A DNA stretch of 64,000 nt from an uncultured Gemmatimonadales bacterium (GCA_963798085.1 CAWCRS010000008.1:448001-512000), one strand, 5' to 3'; positions 30,582 through 40,405 are shown, counted from the stretch's first letter. The notes: generated by a model not told the origin, from the sequence alone. Translations and numbers: made by a program.

Positions 30582-31424
30582 ATGCGCTGCCGCAGCCTGC
30601 TCTTCGTCCCCGGGGACCGGCCCGACCGTCACGCGAAGGCACTGGCCGCAGGCGCGGACTTCGTGTGCATCGACCTCGAAGATGCCGTGGCGCCGCCGGC
30701 GAAGGACGCTGCGCGCGTCGTCGCCTGCGATCTGCTGCGAAACGAGCCCGCTAACGCCGCGTCAGTGGCGATCCGGGTCAACGACATCAAGACGCAGGCC
30801 GGTGTGCGCGACCTGCTCGCGCTCGGCGAGGCGGATACGCCGCCCGCTTTGCTGGTGCTGCCCAAGGTGCGCTCGGCCGCGGAGGTCGAGTGGGCGCGCG
30901 GTGTGCTGGATCCCCGCCTTCCCGTTCGCGGCATCATCGCCATCATCGAAACCGTGGAGGCGCTGGCGTGTGCTGGCGCTATCGCGCGCGCGGGTGCCGC
31001 CGCCCTGATCTTCGGCGGGACGGACCTGTCCGCGGAGCTGGGGTGCCGGCCGGAATGGGAGCCGCTGCTCTACGCACGTTCACGGGTGGTGCACGCGGCT
31101 GCGGGCGGTGGCATTCCGGCGATCGATGTGCCGCTGCTCGATTTCCAGAACACGGATCGGCTGCAGCAGGACTGCCGGCGTGCACGCGACCTCGGCTTCA
31201 GCGGCAAGGCCGCCATCCATCCGGCGCAGCTCGCGTTCATCCACGCCGCCTTCACACCCTCGGCGGCGGAGACGGCGTGGGCCCGGCGCGTACTGGAAGC
31301 CTCCGACCAGGCGCGCGGCGGCGTGGCGACACTGGACGGTCGCATGATCAATGCCGCGGTCGTCCGCTCGGCGCGGCGCATCCTCGCGCTCGCAGGCACG
31401 GATGCGAACAGCAGGACAGGTTGA
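30582..31424 (+). CDS. CitE-like CoA ester lyase (HpcH/HpaI family)
   Basis: RSLLFVPGDRP, IDLEDAV, LPKV, IIET, FGGTDL, GFSGKAAIHPAQ. Confidence 0.92.
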   Translation: MRCRSLLFVPGDRPDRHAKALAAGADFVCIDLEDAVAPPAKDAARVVACDLLRNEPANAASVAIRVNDIKTQAGVRDLLALGEADTPPALLVLPKVRSAAEVEWARGVLDPRLPVRGIIAIIETVEALACAGAIARAGAAALIFGGTDLSAELGCRPEWEPLLYARSRVVHAAAGGGIPAIDVPLLDFQNTDRLQQDCRRARDLGFSGKAAIHPAQLAFIHAAFTPSAAETAWARRVLEASDQARGGVATLDGRMINAAVVRSARRILALAGTDANSRTG

Positions 31425-31509
31425 CCCGGGAGCGACAGCCGTGATCTCGCGCTAACGGGGGATTATCGTTTCGAGTTGAACTGCGGACGCGCATCGTTCA
31501 GAAGCCCTG

Positions 31510-31692
31510 GCGAACGCCGGGTCCGGTTGGTGGCGCTACCGCCAACGCATTGCTCGTCGAGCGCTGACCGGGACCGCATCACCGTGCGGGTCGTCTGCGA
31601 ACGCCGGGTCTGGGGTGGTGCTACCGCTACCAGATTGCTCGTCGCGCGCTGACCGAGACCGCCTCACCGTGGGGTCTGCGCGCAACGCGGGT
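31510..31692. repeat. Imperfect tandem repeat, 87-bp period, two units plus a partial third
   Basis: GCGAACGCCGGGTC at 31510 and 31597, followed by shared GCTACCGC, ATTGCTCGTCG, GCGCTGACCG and TCACCGTG blocks. Confidence 0.85.
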
Positions 31693-31860
31693 GGCATCGA
31701 ACACTGGAAGCCCGACGCCGACGCCGACTGCAAGCTAGTGCTGCTGCCGCCGTGCGCTTCGCGGCGATTCCGTTCAGCGGCGCCGCTGGAACGAGCCGCT
31801 CCGGCAACACAGCCCCGACGACGAGGCTGCGCGACTCCTGACCCCAACCATGATCCCGGG

Positions 31861-32718
31861 ATGACTGGCGACACGCAACCAGAGCTGCGCGACTGGATCG
31901 GGCGCACGCAAACCGAGCACGACGAGCTGGCGCTGTTTCCGGCGCGTGGCATGGCGGCGCTGCTGGACCGCGCTCCGGACGAGTTCGTGCGCGGTGCGCC
32001 GCTGCCAGTCGGCTGGCACTGGCTGTATTTCAAGCCGGTGGCGCGACAATCGGAGCTGGGTGATGACGGGCACGCGCGCCGCGGGGGATTGCTGCCGCCC
32101 GTGCAGCTGCCGCGTCGCATGTGGGCCGGCGGGCAGTTGCGCGTTCTTCAGCCGTTGCGCCTGGGCAATGCGGTCACGCGCGTGTCGACCGTGCGTGATG
32201 TCGCCAGCAAGCGGGGGCGCAGCGGCGAACTGGTGTTCGTGAGCGTGCAGCACATCGTGTCCGGAGGCAACGGGCCCGCGTGCGACGAACGGCAGGACAT
32301 CGTATACCGCGAGGGCATGCGTCCCGGCGAACCGCCTCCCGGCGCGGAACTGCTCAAGCAGAAAGCCGACTGGTGCGACGAATTCCGCACGGACAGTGTC
32401 GCGCTGTTCCGCTTCTCCGCCCTGACGTTCAACGGCCATCGCATCCACTACGACCAGCGCTGGGCCAGGGACGTCGAAGGGTATCCTGACCTCGTGGTGC
32501 ACGCGCCACTGCTGGCGCTGCTGCTGCTGGACGCGGCATCCCGCCACGGCGACGGGCGGGTGGTGTCCGGCTTCGAGTATCGCGCGCTGGCGCCGTTGTT
32601 CAGCGGGCAGACCGTCCTTCTGCAGGGCGCAGCCATAGACCGGACGCAGACACAAGTCTGGGCCACATCGCCGGCTGGCGGCATTGCTCTGGGTGGGGTG
32701 GTGGAATGGGGTGCCTAG
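31861..32718 (+). CDS. Double hot-dog acyl-CoA hydratase (HTD2 / mesaconyl-C4-CoA / itaconyl-CoA hydratase-like)
   Basis: LPVGWHWLYF, DGH, PRRMWAGG, FRFSALTFNGHRIHYD, LVVHAPL. Confidence 0.88.
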   Translation: MTGDTQPELRDWIGRTQTEHDELALFPARGMAALLDRAPDEFVRGAPLPVGWHWLYFKPVARQSELGDDGHARRGGLLPPVQLPRRMWAGGQLRVLQPLRLGNAVTRVSTVRDVASKRGRSGELVFVSVQHIVSGGNGPACDERQDIVYREGMRPGEPPPGAELLKQKADWCDEFRTDSVALFRFSALTFNGHRIHYDQRWARDVEGYPDLVVHAPLLALLLLDAASRHGDGRVVSGFEYRALAPLFSGQTVLLQGAAIDRTQTQVWATSPAGGIALGGVVEWGA

Positions 32719-32722
32719 GGCC

Positions 32723-33002
32723 CGGACCGTCTTGGCGTTCTTGGGTTATGGCTCGTCCGGGCATGCAACGCCAGCTCGGATGAACGATAAGTTAGGGCCG
32801 GAACGCGTGTGCAACATGGCCGAACCGGCCGACAACATGAGCTCGAGGGCCAGGTCAGGCGTTTGATCGGCGGCGGCTGGCCTGGAGCTGCGGGTCGCCG
32901 CGCCATCGAGACATGACGGCATGCCATACGCCGGCTCGGCTCTTTCGCGTGGGACGACCGCATGCGTCCAGCGGACAAACCCAAGAACGCCAAGACGGTC
33001 CG
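32723..33002. repeat. Intergenic inverted-repeat element, family B
   Basis: CGGACCGTCTTGGCGTTCTTGGGTT (32723-32747) and its perfect reverse complement (32978-33002). Confidence 0.9.
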
Positions 33003-33100
33003 AGCGCCCTTGCCGCCTGCCAGCGCTCCGCCCAGCCGTCGTAGACCGACTGGGTCAGCCCTCGGTCGAACGAGCGTTGGCGGCGTTCCGGGACGCGGGG

Positions 33101-35335
33101 TCAGCCACCATCCGCGGCGGCCGCGCCCTTCTCTCCCTTCAGCCAGTACGAGAACCACTGGCGCAGCCGCGACAACCGGTCGACCAGGAGCCACGGTTCG
33201 CCGGTGCGCGAGAGGTCGTGCGTGGAGCGCGGGTAGCGCACGAACTCGACCGGAACGCCGCGCTTCTGCAGCGCCACGAACCACTCCTCGGCGTTGCCGA
33301 TGCGCGTGCGGAAATCCTCTTCCGACTGCACCAGCAGAGTGGGCGTCTGCACTCTGTCGACGTGGCGGATGGGCGACAGGTCGTCGTATAACTTCCAGTT
33401 ATCCCAGGGCTTGCCGTAGAACTCGAACTCGGTCAGTCCCTGGGCGTCGCTGGCGCCGTACCAGTAGCCCCAGTCACTGATCATGCGGTCCGCCTCCGCA
33501 GCCTTGAAGCGATTCGTCCTGGTTGTCACCCACGCGGTCATGAAGCCGCCGTACGAACCGCCCGTCACGCCCATGTGCGTCGAATCGACGTCGGGCCGCT
33601 TCGCGACGATGTCGACTGCCTTCATCAGGTCCTCGTAATCCTCCATGCCCCAGCGCCCGCGCGTCGAATAGGTGAACGGTCCGCCGTAGCCGCTCGAGCC
33701 GCGCGGGTTCGTGTACAGCACCCACATGCCGGCGCCGGCAATGCTCTGGAACTCGTCGAACCAGTTCTCACCGTACGCGGAGTGCGGACCGCCATGGATA
33801 TAGAGCACGAGCGGATACTTGCGGCCCGCCTGATAGCCGTACGGCTTCATGAGCCACGCCTCGATTTCCAGTCCGCCCACTGACTTGTACGTGAAGCGCT
33901 CGGCATCGGAGAATGCGACTTCGCCGTTCAGCCGGTCGTTGAAGTGCGTGAGCTGCCGCTCGTTCCGGCCGTCGATGCCGGCGATGAACAGTTCCGTGGG
34001 GCGGGGAACACTGGTGGCGACGAAGGCGACCTTCGTGTGTGCGTCGTCATACGTCGTGCCGTTGATCTGCCGCCGGCCGCCTAACACTTCAGTCAGGCTG
34101 CCATCGCGCGTGGAGACGCGGAACAGTGCGCCGCGGCCGCCGATGTCGGCGTTCATCATGAGGTCGCCATCCGGCAGGAACTCGAACGGCCCGGGCTCGT
34201 AGGGCCAGCTGTCCGCCAGCAGGCTGCGTGGCTGTCCGCCCGCCACATCGACGACGTACAGCCGGGCCAATGCGGTGCGCTTCGCGCGATTGGTGAAGGC
34301 GATGCGCCTGCCGTCCGGCGACCACACCAGACTCCCCTCACTCCCCAGACCCGTGGTCAGGCGGCGCGGCGTACCGCCCGCGGCGGCCACCACGAAGAGG
34401 TCGGCGTCGTTGCGGTCCGCCTCGTCGCGCTTCGCGTCGTAGGGCAGCTTCGCGATCGAGTCGCGCTCTTCCTGCACCACCGAATCGGAGCGCAGCTGCG
34501 GGTCCGCCGTGAACGCGATCCACTGTCCGTCCGGCGAGATCTGGGCATCGCGGTGCGAGTACGAGGTATCGGTGAGGCGCTTGCGGGCCGTGTCGCCCAC
34601 CATCTGTGTCCACAGCTGAGCCGGGCGGAAACGCCGGGCCTCGCGCGGATTCACCAGATAGCCGCGCCCGTTTGCCGACAGAGGCAGCTCCGTGTACTGC
34701 CGGCCATCGAACCGGTGCGGGTCGAGCGGCTGCGTAATGGCGCCGTAGGGCGGGCGCGACTGCGCCGGCATGGCGCCAAACGGATCGTTAGCGTTGCCAC
34801 GCGCGCCCTGCGGCCCGTCCTCGCCGCCACGACCACCGCCCCGGCCACCGCGGCCGCCGCGGCCACCGGTATCGTCTGCACCGCCATCACGGGGCGCCGT
34901 GAATACCACCATGTGATGGTCCGCGGTCATGGCGCCATTCGGGTAATCGTTGATCTGCACCGCCTCGCCCGAGGGCTGATCCATGCGCAGCGCCCATGTG
35001 TTGCCGCGGCCGCCCGGCCGGTTGGACGTGAAGAACAGATACTTGCCATCGAAGGACCAGCGCGGGTTCGAGCTCTCCGTGCCGGGCGACGTGTAGCGCA
35101 CGGGCTCGCCACCCGACGCGGGCACCACCCACACCTCGGAGTGACGCGCGTTCTCCGACTCGCGCACGGTCGTCACCGTGAACGCGACCAGTCGCCCATC
35201 CGGCGACATGGCAGGCGCGCTCAGCGTCGTCAGCCTGTACCAGTCGCCGGGCGTGAACGCGCGCGGCCCTTCCTGCGCGAGCGCAGGCGATGCCATGAGA
35301 ACCAGGATGGCGAACGAGATCGTGATTCTGCGCAT
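33101..35335 (-). CDS. Secreted S9 family peptidase (acylaminoacyl-peptidase-like)
   Basis: Signal peptide ALA-Q; SPDG repeats; IHGGPH, NPRGSSGYG, GGSYGG, DFR, HDL. Confidence 0.95.
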   Translation of the reverse strand: MRRITISFAILVLMASPALAQEGPRAFTPGDWYRLTTLSAPAMSPDGRLVAFTVTTVRESENARHSEVWVVPASGGEPVRYTSPGTESSNPRWSFDGKYLFFTSNRPGGRGNTWALRMDQPSGEAVQINDYPNGAMTADHHMVVFTAPRDGGADDTGGRGGRGGRGGGRGGEDGPQGARGNANDPFGAMPAQSRPPYGAITQPLDPHRFDGRQYTELPLSANGRGYLVNPREARRFRPAQLWTQMVGDTARKRLTDTSYSHRDAQISPDGQWIAFTADPQLRSDSVVQEERDSIAKLPYDAKRDEADRNDADLFVVAAAGGTPRRLTTGLGSEGSLVWSPDGRRIAFTNRAKRTALARLYVVDVAGGQPRSLLADSWPYEPGPFEFLPDGDLMMNADIGGRGALFRVSTRDGSLTEVLGGRRQINGTTYDDAHTKVAFVATSVPRPTELFIAGIDGRNERQLTHFNDRLNGEVAFSDAERFTYKSVGGLEIEAWLMKPYGYQAGRKYPLVLYIHGGPHSAYGENWFDEFQSIAGAGMWVLYTNPRGSSGYGGPFTYSTRGRWGMEDYEDLMKAVDIVAKRPDVDSTHMGVTGGSYGGFMTAWVTTRTNRFKAAEADRMISDWGYWYGASDAQGLTEFEFYGKPWDNWKLYDDLSPIRHVDRVQTPTLLVQSEEDFRTRIGNAEEWFVALQKRGVPVEFVRYPRSTHDLSRTGEPWLLVDRLSRLRQWFSYWLKGEKGAAAADGG

Positions 35336-35461
35336 GGATGACTCCGGCGCTGGTCGACGGATTCGGGTTGATGCGGGAAGCCGGCCCGGTCTGCCCGTTG
35401 CCGGAAATATGCGCGCTCGTGGCCGAGCGTCAAATCGGCGCCCCGGCCGGGCAATTCGGCG

Positions 35462-36799
35462 CTAGCGGGGCGCCACGGCCGACCGTGTGAGCCGCCACAT
35501 CTGCACCGCCGCCTCGCCCGAGACCAGCGCGCCCTCTACTGTGCCCGGCGGTTTCGCCGTGGCCGTCGCCTCACCCGCGAAGAACAGCGTGTCAGACACC
35601 GGCTGGTTGAGCGCTGCGGGTGCGCCCTCGCCGCCCACGAGCGCCCAGGCGTACGCGCCCCGCGTGTACGGGTCCATCAGCCAGTCGTGCACCCATGCGT
35701 GCACGAACAGGGAATCGAGGCGACGCTTCGGGATCCCGGTTTCCTGCGCCAGCTCGTCCAGGACTGTGCGCACAATGGCGTCGTGCGGGAGCGCGAGCAG
35801 TTCACCCGCGGGCGGGCCGCCCGACCACGCGACGAGCAGCGGCGCGCGTACCGGGTATTGCGTCCACCACACGTTGCAGCGGCTGCGTGGCGTGTACAGG
35901 AGGTGCGCGCGCTCCAGCGTAACACGCGTGTTATCCGGTGCTGCGCGCAGCTCTGCTTCCCAGAACAGCTCCCGGAACAGACAGGCGACCCGCACCGCCA
36001 CGCCGGGCGCGAGCCGTTCCACTGCGGTGCGCATGGAGGGCGGGTCCGGATCGAAGGCGACGCCGCCCGTTTCATGCGCCGGCGTTTGCAGCACACCGAC
36101 CGGCAGCGTCACGATCGCGGCGTCCGCCTCGAGCGGATTCGTCTCGCCTGCGATGGTCACGCGGACCCGACCGCGCTCCCACGCGATGCGCGTCACCACG
36201 GCGCGCAGACGAAGCGCTTCCGCCACATTGCGTGCAATGTGCTCGAGCAGTGGCGTGTATCCGGAAAGCGGCCGACCCGCGCGCCCGATCGTATCGTTGT
36301 GGGCTGGATCGCCCAGCGCGGCGAGTCCGCGCGTCCCGATGCGCGCGGAATCCGCGCCATAGAACCCTTCCACGAAGCGGCGGGCGAGCGTACGGTCCTC
36401 CGGCGTCACATCCGGCGGCAGTGCGGAAAGAAACGCGGCGAACGGGCGGTCCGGTGCGTCGCCTTCCAGCTGTTCCATCACGTAGCCAACGCGACCGAAG
36501 GCTGCTTCGGCGCGACCCAGCTCACCGTTCTGCGCCCGCCACTGCTCGCCACCTGCGTCGTAATCGGCGAGCCCGGCCTCGAGCAACAGACGACGCGTGA
36601 CCGGCGCGCGGCCGTGAATGAATTCCGCACCCAGCTCGACAGGTACGGGTGAGCGGGCGTCATGCAGCGTGTGCGCGCGTCCGCCCACGCGATCCCTGGC
36701 CTCGAGCACCAGGAAGCGGGCGCCCTCCTGCTTCAGCGCGCGCGCCGCGGCCAGACCCGCTGCGCCGGCGCCCACCACGATCACATCGTACGCGTCCAC
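35462..36799 (-). CDS. Flavin monoamine oxidase family protein
   Basis: DVIVVGAGAAGLAAA, LEARDRVGGR, ELGAEFIHG, FFAGEAT, GTVEGALVSG; GTG start inferred. Confidence 0.9.
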   Translation of the reverse strand: MDAYDVIVVGAGAAGLAAARALKQEGARFLVLEARDRVGGRAHTLHDARSPVPVELGAEFIHGRAPVTRRLLLEAGLADYDAGGEQWRAQNGELGRAEAAFGRVGYVMEQLEGDAPDRPFAAFLSALPPDVTPEDRTLARRFVEGFYGADSARIGTRGLAALGDPAHNDTIGRAGRPLSGYTPLLEHIARNVAEALRLRAVVTRIAWERGRVRVTIAGETNPLEADAAIVTLPVGVLQTPAHETGGVAFDPDPPSMRTAVERLAPGVAVRVACLFRELFWEAELRAAPDNTRVTLERAHLLYTPRSRCNVWWTQYPVRAPLLVAWSGGPPAGELLALPHDAIVRTVLDELAQETGIPKRRLDSLFVHAWVHDWLMDPYTRGAYAWALVGGEGAPAALNQPVSDTLFFAGEATATAKPPGTVEGALVSGEAAVQMWRLTRSAVAPR

Positions 36800-36824
36800 G
36801 CGTCGTCCGCAGAGCCGCGGCGTG

Positions 36825-38051
36825 CTAGCCGGCGTCAGGCTTGTGGAGTGCGTACACACGCACGTGCTCGACATCCTCATCGTCGAGGAATACGCCCGCC
36901 ACATGGTCCTCACCGATCTCGCGCACCATGAACCACGCGGGCGTCTCGACCGTGCCCAGCCAGCGGCCACCCGGGTCGAACACGCTCCAGTGTGCAGGCT
37001 GATCCACGGGCGCCGCGCGGAACATCGTGCGATTCACGGCGTGCGGCAGATCGGTGTCCATCACCCACACGTTGCGCGCGGCATCCACAAGGACATCGAG
37101 GTACGCGGGCAGGTAATCCGCGAAGACTGCTTCGCGGTACTGCTTCTCCATCGCGGCGCGCGCCTGAGACGAGAGCGAGCGGCCCGGGCGCGGCGTCAGC
37201 AGCGCATCGTGGAACGCATCCTTGTACAAGAGGCGCACGGGCGACCTCGCCCACTTGCGCCGGATCACCGTGTGCAGTGCGCCGCCCTCGCCGTAGCGCC
37301 GTAATTCGTAGTTATCGCCGAACCCGACGACCACCTCGCTGTCCGCAGCGGCAACGGAGGCCAGCGGCCCGTACACCATGGGCGCGGCCGGCTGCCCTGG
37401 CGCGATGACCAGGAAAGGCGATTCAGCGATGCTGTTGAGCACGCCCCCTGCGCGCGACACGCGCACAATCTTCATGCTGACGCGCAGGGGCCGCGTGGGT
37501 GCTCTGGGCGGGGGCTGGCCGAATGCCGGATCCGAACTGGCCACCAGCGTACCGTCCCTGAGGAAGCCGTGAAAATCGGCGACGTCCACACCCGCTGAAG
37601 GCTTGAACTCGAACGCGCGCAGCAGACTGCCGTCGGGGGCGAAGAACTGTCCGTGATTGAAGGTGTCGATCACGAGCAGTGTGTCGCCCGGACCGCTCAG
37701 CAGGATGAGGTTGTGGCGGAACTCGCCCGGGCCCTGACCGCGACGGCCGACCGTGCGCACGACAGCGCCATTCTCGTCGAAGAAACGCAGCTGCATCGAG
37801 CCCATGTCCGCGGTCACCAGGCCGCCATCGCTCAACAGGTGCACACCGCCCACGCCGTCGAACTGGTAGGCGGGCAGGCCATCCGCGCGGCCGATATCGA
37901 TCCCGGGCGTGTCGGCCACGGTCCATGCCTCGCGGTCCTTCCACAGCGGTTTGTCATTCTCGACGATGCGTACGCCGGCGCTGTCGCGCACGGTCTGCGC
38001 GGCCGCGGGAGCGGCCAGCGTCAGCAGCACTAACAGAGATGTTCGCAGCAT
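36825..38051 (-). CDS. Secreted 6-bladed beta-propeller-like hypothetical protein
   Basis: Signal peptide; VRDSAGVRIVEN, GRRGQGPGEF, WSVFDPGGRWLG, DDEDVEHVRVY. Confidence 0.75.
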   Translation of the reverse strand: MLRTSLLVLLTLAAPAAAQTVRDSAGVRIVENDKPLWKDREAWTVADTPGIDIGRADGLPAYQFDGVGGVHLLSDGGLVTADMGSMQLRFFDENGAVVRTVGRRGQGPGEFRHNLILLSGPGDTLLVIDTFNHGQFFAPDGSLLRAFEFKPSAGVDVADFHGFLRDGTLVASSDPAFGQPPPRAPTRPLRVSMKIVRVSRAGGVLNSIAESPFLVIAPGQPAAPMVYGPLASVAAADSEVVVGFGDNYELRRYGEGGALHTVIRRKWARSPVRLLYKDAFHDALLTPRPGRSLSSQARAAMEKQYREAVFADYLPAYLDVLVDAARNVWVMDTDLPHAVNRTMFRAAPVDQPAHWSVFDPGGRWLGTVETPAWFMVREIGEDHVAGVFLDDEDVEHVRVYALHKPDAG

Positions 38052-38078
38052 GTCCGCGGCCTCCTCTGCGTTTCCGTC

Positions 38079-38528
38079 TCAGCGGTGCGTGCTCACGGTC
38101 ACGTGCTTGCCCATCGACATGTCCCAGTACGCTTCCGCGTTGCGGGGCATTCGGAACGAATCACTGGTCACTTCGGTGCCCGCCCCCAGCGCGTGGATGC
38201 GATAGCGGCCGGGATCACCGGTCCAGGGAAAGCCAACGGTGCGACCCGGCTCCACCGTGCCCAGCAGCGTCTCGACACCGACGTCAGGCGACATGTAGAT
38301 GGTGAGCACGCTGTTGCCCGCGCCCAGGTTCGCAACGCGCACGACGGATCCGCTGGGGCCGCTGCGGCCGCCGCCGCCGCCACCACCGGTCCCGGACATG
38401 GCCCCCCCTGCGCCGCCGCCGCCGGTCCCGCCCTCGCCTCGTCCACCACCGGCGCCGCCGCTGGCGCAGGCGAGGGACAGGCCGACAATGAGGCTGCAGG
38501 CGAAACTGAACGTGCGCTTGCGTAGCAT
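38079..38528 (-). CDS. Hypothetical lipoprotein with Gly-rich linker
   Basis: Lipobox SLA-C followed by a poly-Gly tract and a small beta domain. Confidence 0.65.
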   Translation of the reverse strand: MLRKRTFSFACSLIVGLSLACASGGAGGGRGEGGTGGGGAGGAMSGTGGGGGGGRSGPSGSVVRVANLGAGNSVLTIYMSPDVGVETLLGTVEPGRTVGFPWTGDPGRYRIHALGAGTEVTSDSFRMPRNAEAYWDMSMGKHVTVSTHR

Positions 38529-38595
38529 GCGGGCTCTCCGGTATCGGATGACGGGCGACGTCACTCGGATTTTCACTCTGATGGAACCAGCGCTG

Positions 38596-40080
38596 CTAAC
38601 CGTCTGTTCCAAAACGCCGGCGCAGGGCGGTCAGCAGCTTGCCGTGCACACCGCCGAAACCGCCGTTCGACATGATCAGCACGATATCGCCGGGGCGGGC
38701 CGCGCCCGCGAGTGTGGCGGCGATCACGTCCGGTTCGACGATATGCTGCGCGGGAATGCCGGCCGCCTGCCACGCATTCACGAGCGCATGCGGGTCCAGC
38801 GCCGTATCGCGCGTGTACCGCTCGGGATGGAAGAGGCCGGCAATCACCACTTCGTCCGCCCCGCCCAATGCCTGCCGGTAGTCTTCCTGGAATTCGCGCC
38901 GCTGCGCCGTGTAGCTGCGCGGCTCGAACACGGCGACCAGTCGCCGGCCGGGATAACGCTGGCGCGTGGCGCGAATCGTCTCACGCACCGCAGTCGGATG
39001 GTGCGCGAAGTCGTCCACCACCGTGATGTCGTGCACCGTGCCACGCACTTCCATGCGGCGTCGCACGCTGCGGAAGCTGCGCAGTCCTTCCCGGATGCGC
39101 TCCGCGTCGGCGCCCGTCGCCGTGGCCGCGGCGATGGTCGCCAGCACATTGCGCACGTTGAACGCGCCCGCCAGCGGCGTCTCCACGGCGCCCCACAGCT
39201 GTCCTTCGCGGAGTACCGTGAAGGTGGTCTGCTCCGCGCCGAAGTGCGCATCCACAGCGGTCCACATGGCAGGCGACGACGTGTCCGCGGCTTCGCCGTC
39301 CCGTTTCCCAGCGCGCGCGGCGCTGGACGACCCGTCGTCGCCTGCACCCTCCGGGAACGCGAACGAGGCGACTGGCGCGAACGAAGCCGGAGCCAGCGAG
39401 CGCACCGCGGGCGAATCCCAGCCGGCCACCAGCGTCCCCCGCGACGGGATCAGGTTGATGAATCGCGAGAAGGCCCAGCGGTACGCGGTCTCGTCCCGGT
39501 AGATGTCAGCGTGGTCAAACTCGATGTTATTGACGATGGCCGTGTCCGGCAGGTAGTGCCACATCTTGGGGCCCTTGTCGAAATACGCCGTGTCGTACTC
39601 GTCGGCTTCGATCACGAAATGGCGCGAATCCGTCAGCCGGAACGAGGTCCCGAAATTCTCCGCGACACCGCCCACCAGGAAGCAGGGATTGAAGCCCGCC
39701 ACCTCGAGCACCCACGCGAGCAGCGACGTGGTGGTGGTCTTGCCATGCGTCCCCGCTACCGGCAGGGAATGACGGCCGCGCAGGAATTCCTCCTTGAGCG
39801 TGGCCGCGGCGGAGGTGTAGCGCAGCTTCTCGTTGAGCAGCCATTCCAGTTCGGGATTGCCGCGCGAGATGGCGTTGCCCACCACCACGATGTCCGGGCG
39901 AGGTTGCAGGTTCCGGGGGTGGTAGCCTTCGCGGACCTCGATGCCGAGCCCCGCCAGCAGGTCGGACATGGGCGGATAGACGCCCTCGTCCGAACCGGAG
40001 ACGCGGTGCCCCGCGGCCTGCAGCAGCCCGGCGAGCGCCGCCATGGCGGTCCCGCCAATGCCAATGAGGTGGTAGTGCAT
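38596..40080 (-). CDS. mpl: UDP-N-acetylmuramate:L-alanyl-gamma-D-glutamyl-meso-diaminopimelate ligase
   Basis: HLIGIGGTAM, GSDEGVYPPMS, GNAISRGNPE, AGTHGKTTT, IEADEYDTAYFDKGPK, DDFAHHPT, MSNGGFGGVH. Confidence 0.92.
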   Translation of the reverse strand: MHYHLIGIGGTAMAALAGLLQAAGHRVSGSDEGVYPPMSDLLAGLGIEVREGYHPRNLQPRPDIVVVGNAISRGNPELEWLLNEKLRYTSAAATLKEEFLRGRHSLPVAGTHGKTTTTSLLAWVLEVAGFNPCFLVGGVAENFGTSFRLTDSRHFVIEADEYDTAYFDKGPKMWHYLPDTAIVNNIEFDHADIYRDETAYRWAFSRFINLIPSRGTLVAGWDSPAVRSLAPASFAPVASFAFPEGAGDDGSSSAARAGKRDGEAADTSSPAMWTAVDAHFGAEQTTFTVLREGQLWGAVETPLAGAFNVRNVLATIAAATATGADAERIREGLRSFRSVRRRMEVRGTVHDITVVDDFAHHPTAVRETIRATRQRYPGRRLVAVFEPRSYTAQRREFQEDYRQALGGADEVVIAGLFHPERYTRDTALDPHALVNAWQAAGIPAQHIVEPDVIAATLAGAARPGDIVLIMSNGGFGGVHGKLLTALRRRFGTDG

Positions 40081-40096
40081 GGGGATGTGGTACCAC

Positions 40097-40405
40097 CGGA
40101 CCGTCTTTGCGTTCTTGGGTTCGGCCCCAGGAACTATCGCGGGACGAACCCAGCGCACGCATTCTGGCTGGAGCGGCTCCGGCCGCTATCGCGATGCCCC
40201 GTCCGGTCCGCAGAATTGCCGGCACCGTTCCGCGTGAGGCGGCGAGCATGCGTTGTCGGGTTGCACGCATGATCGAACGAGACAGTCGTGAACCCGGGCC
40301 GTGCCCGCCTGGGTTCCGCGTCGGCTGAAGTAGCCGCAATCATGTCGGTTTGGGGGCGTTCAGATTGCGGAACCGGCCATAACCCAAGAACGCCAAGACG
40401 GTCCG
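40097..40405. repeat. Intergenic inverted-repeat element, family B (second copy)
   Basis: Left arm 40097-40121 has 1 mismatch to 32723-32747; right arm 40376-40405 is the perfect reverse complement of 32723-32752. Confidence 0.9.

Noticed and set aside
31510..31692. Possible CRISPR array in the tandem or inverted repeats
   Set aside because: No series of identical repeats with unique equal-length spacers, and no cas genes in the window.
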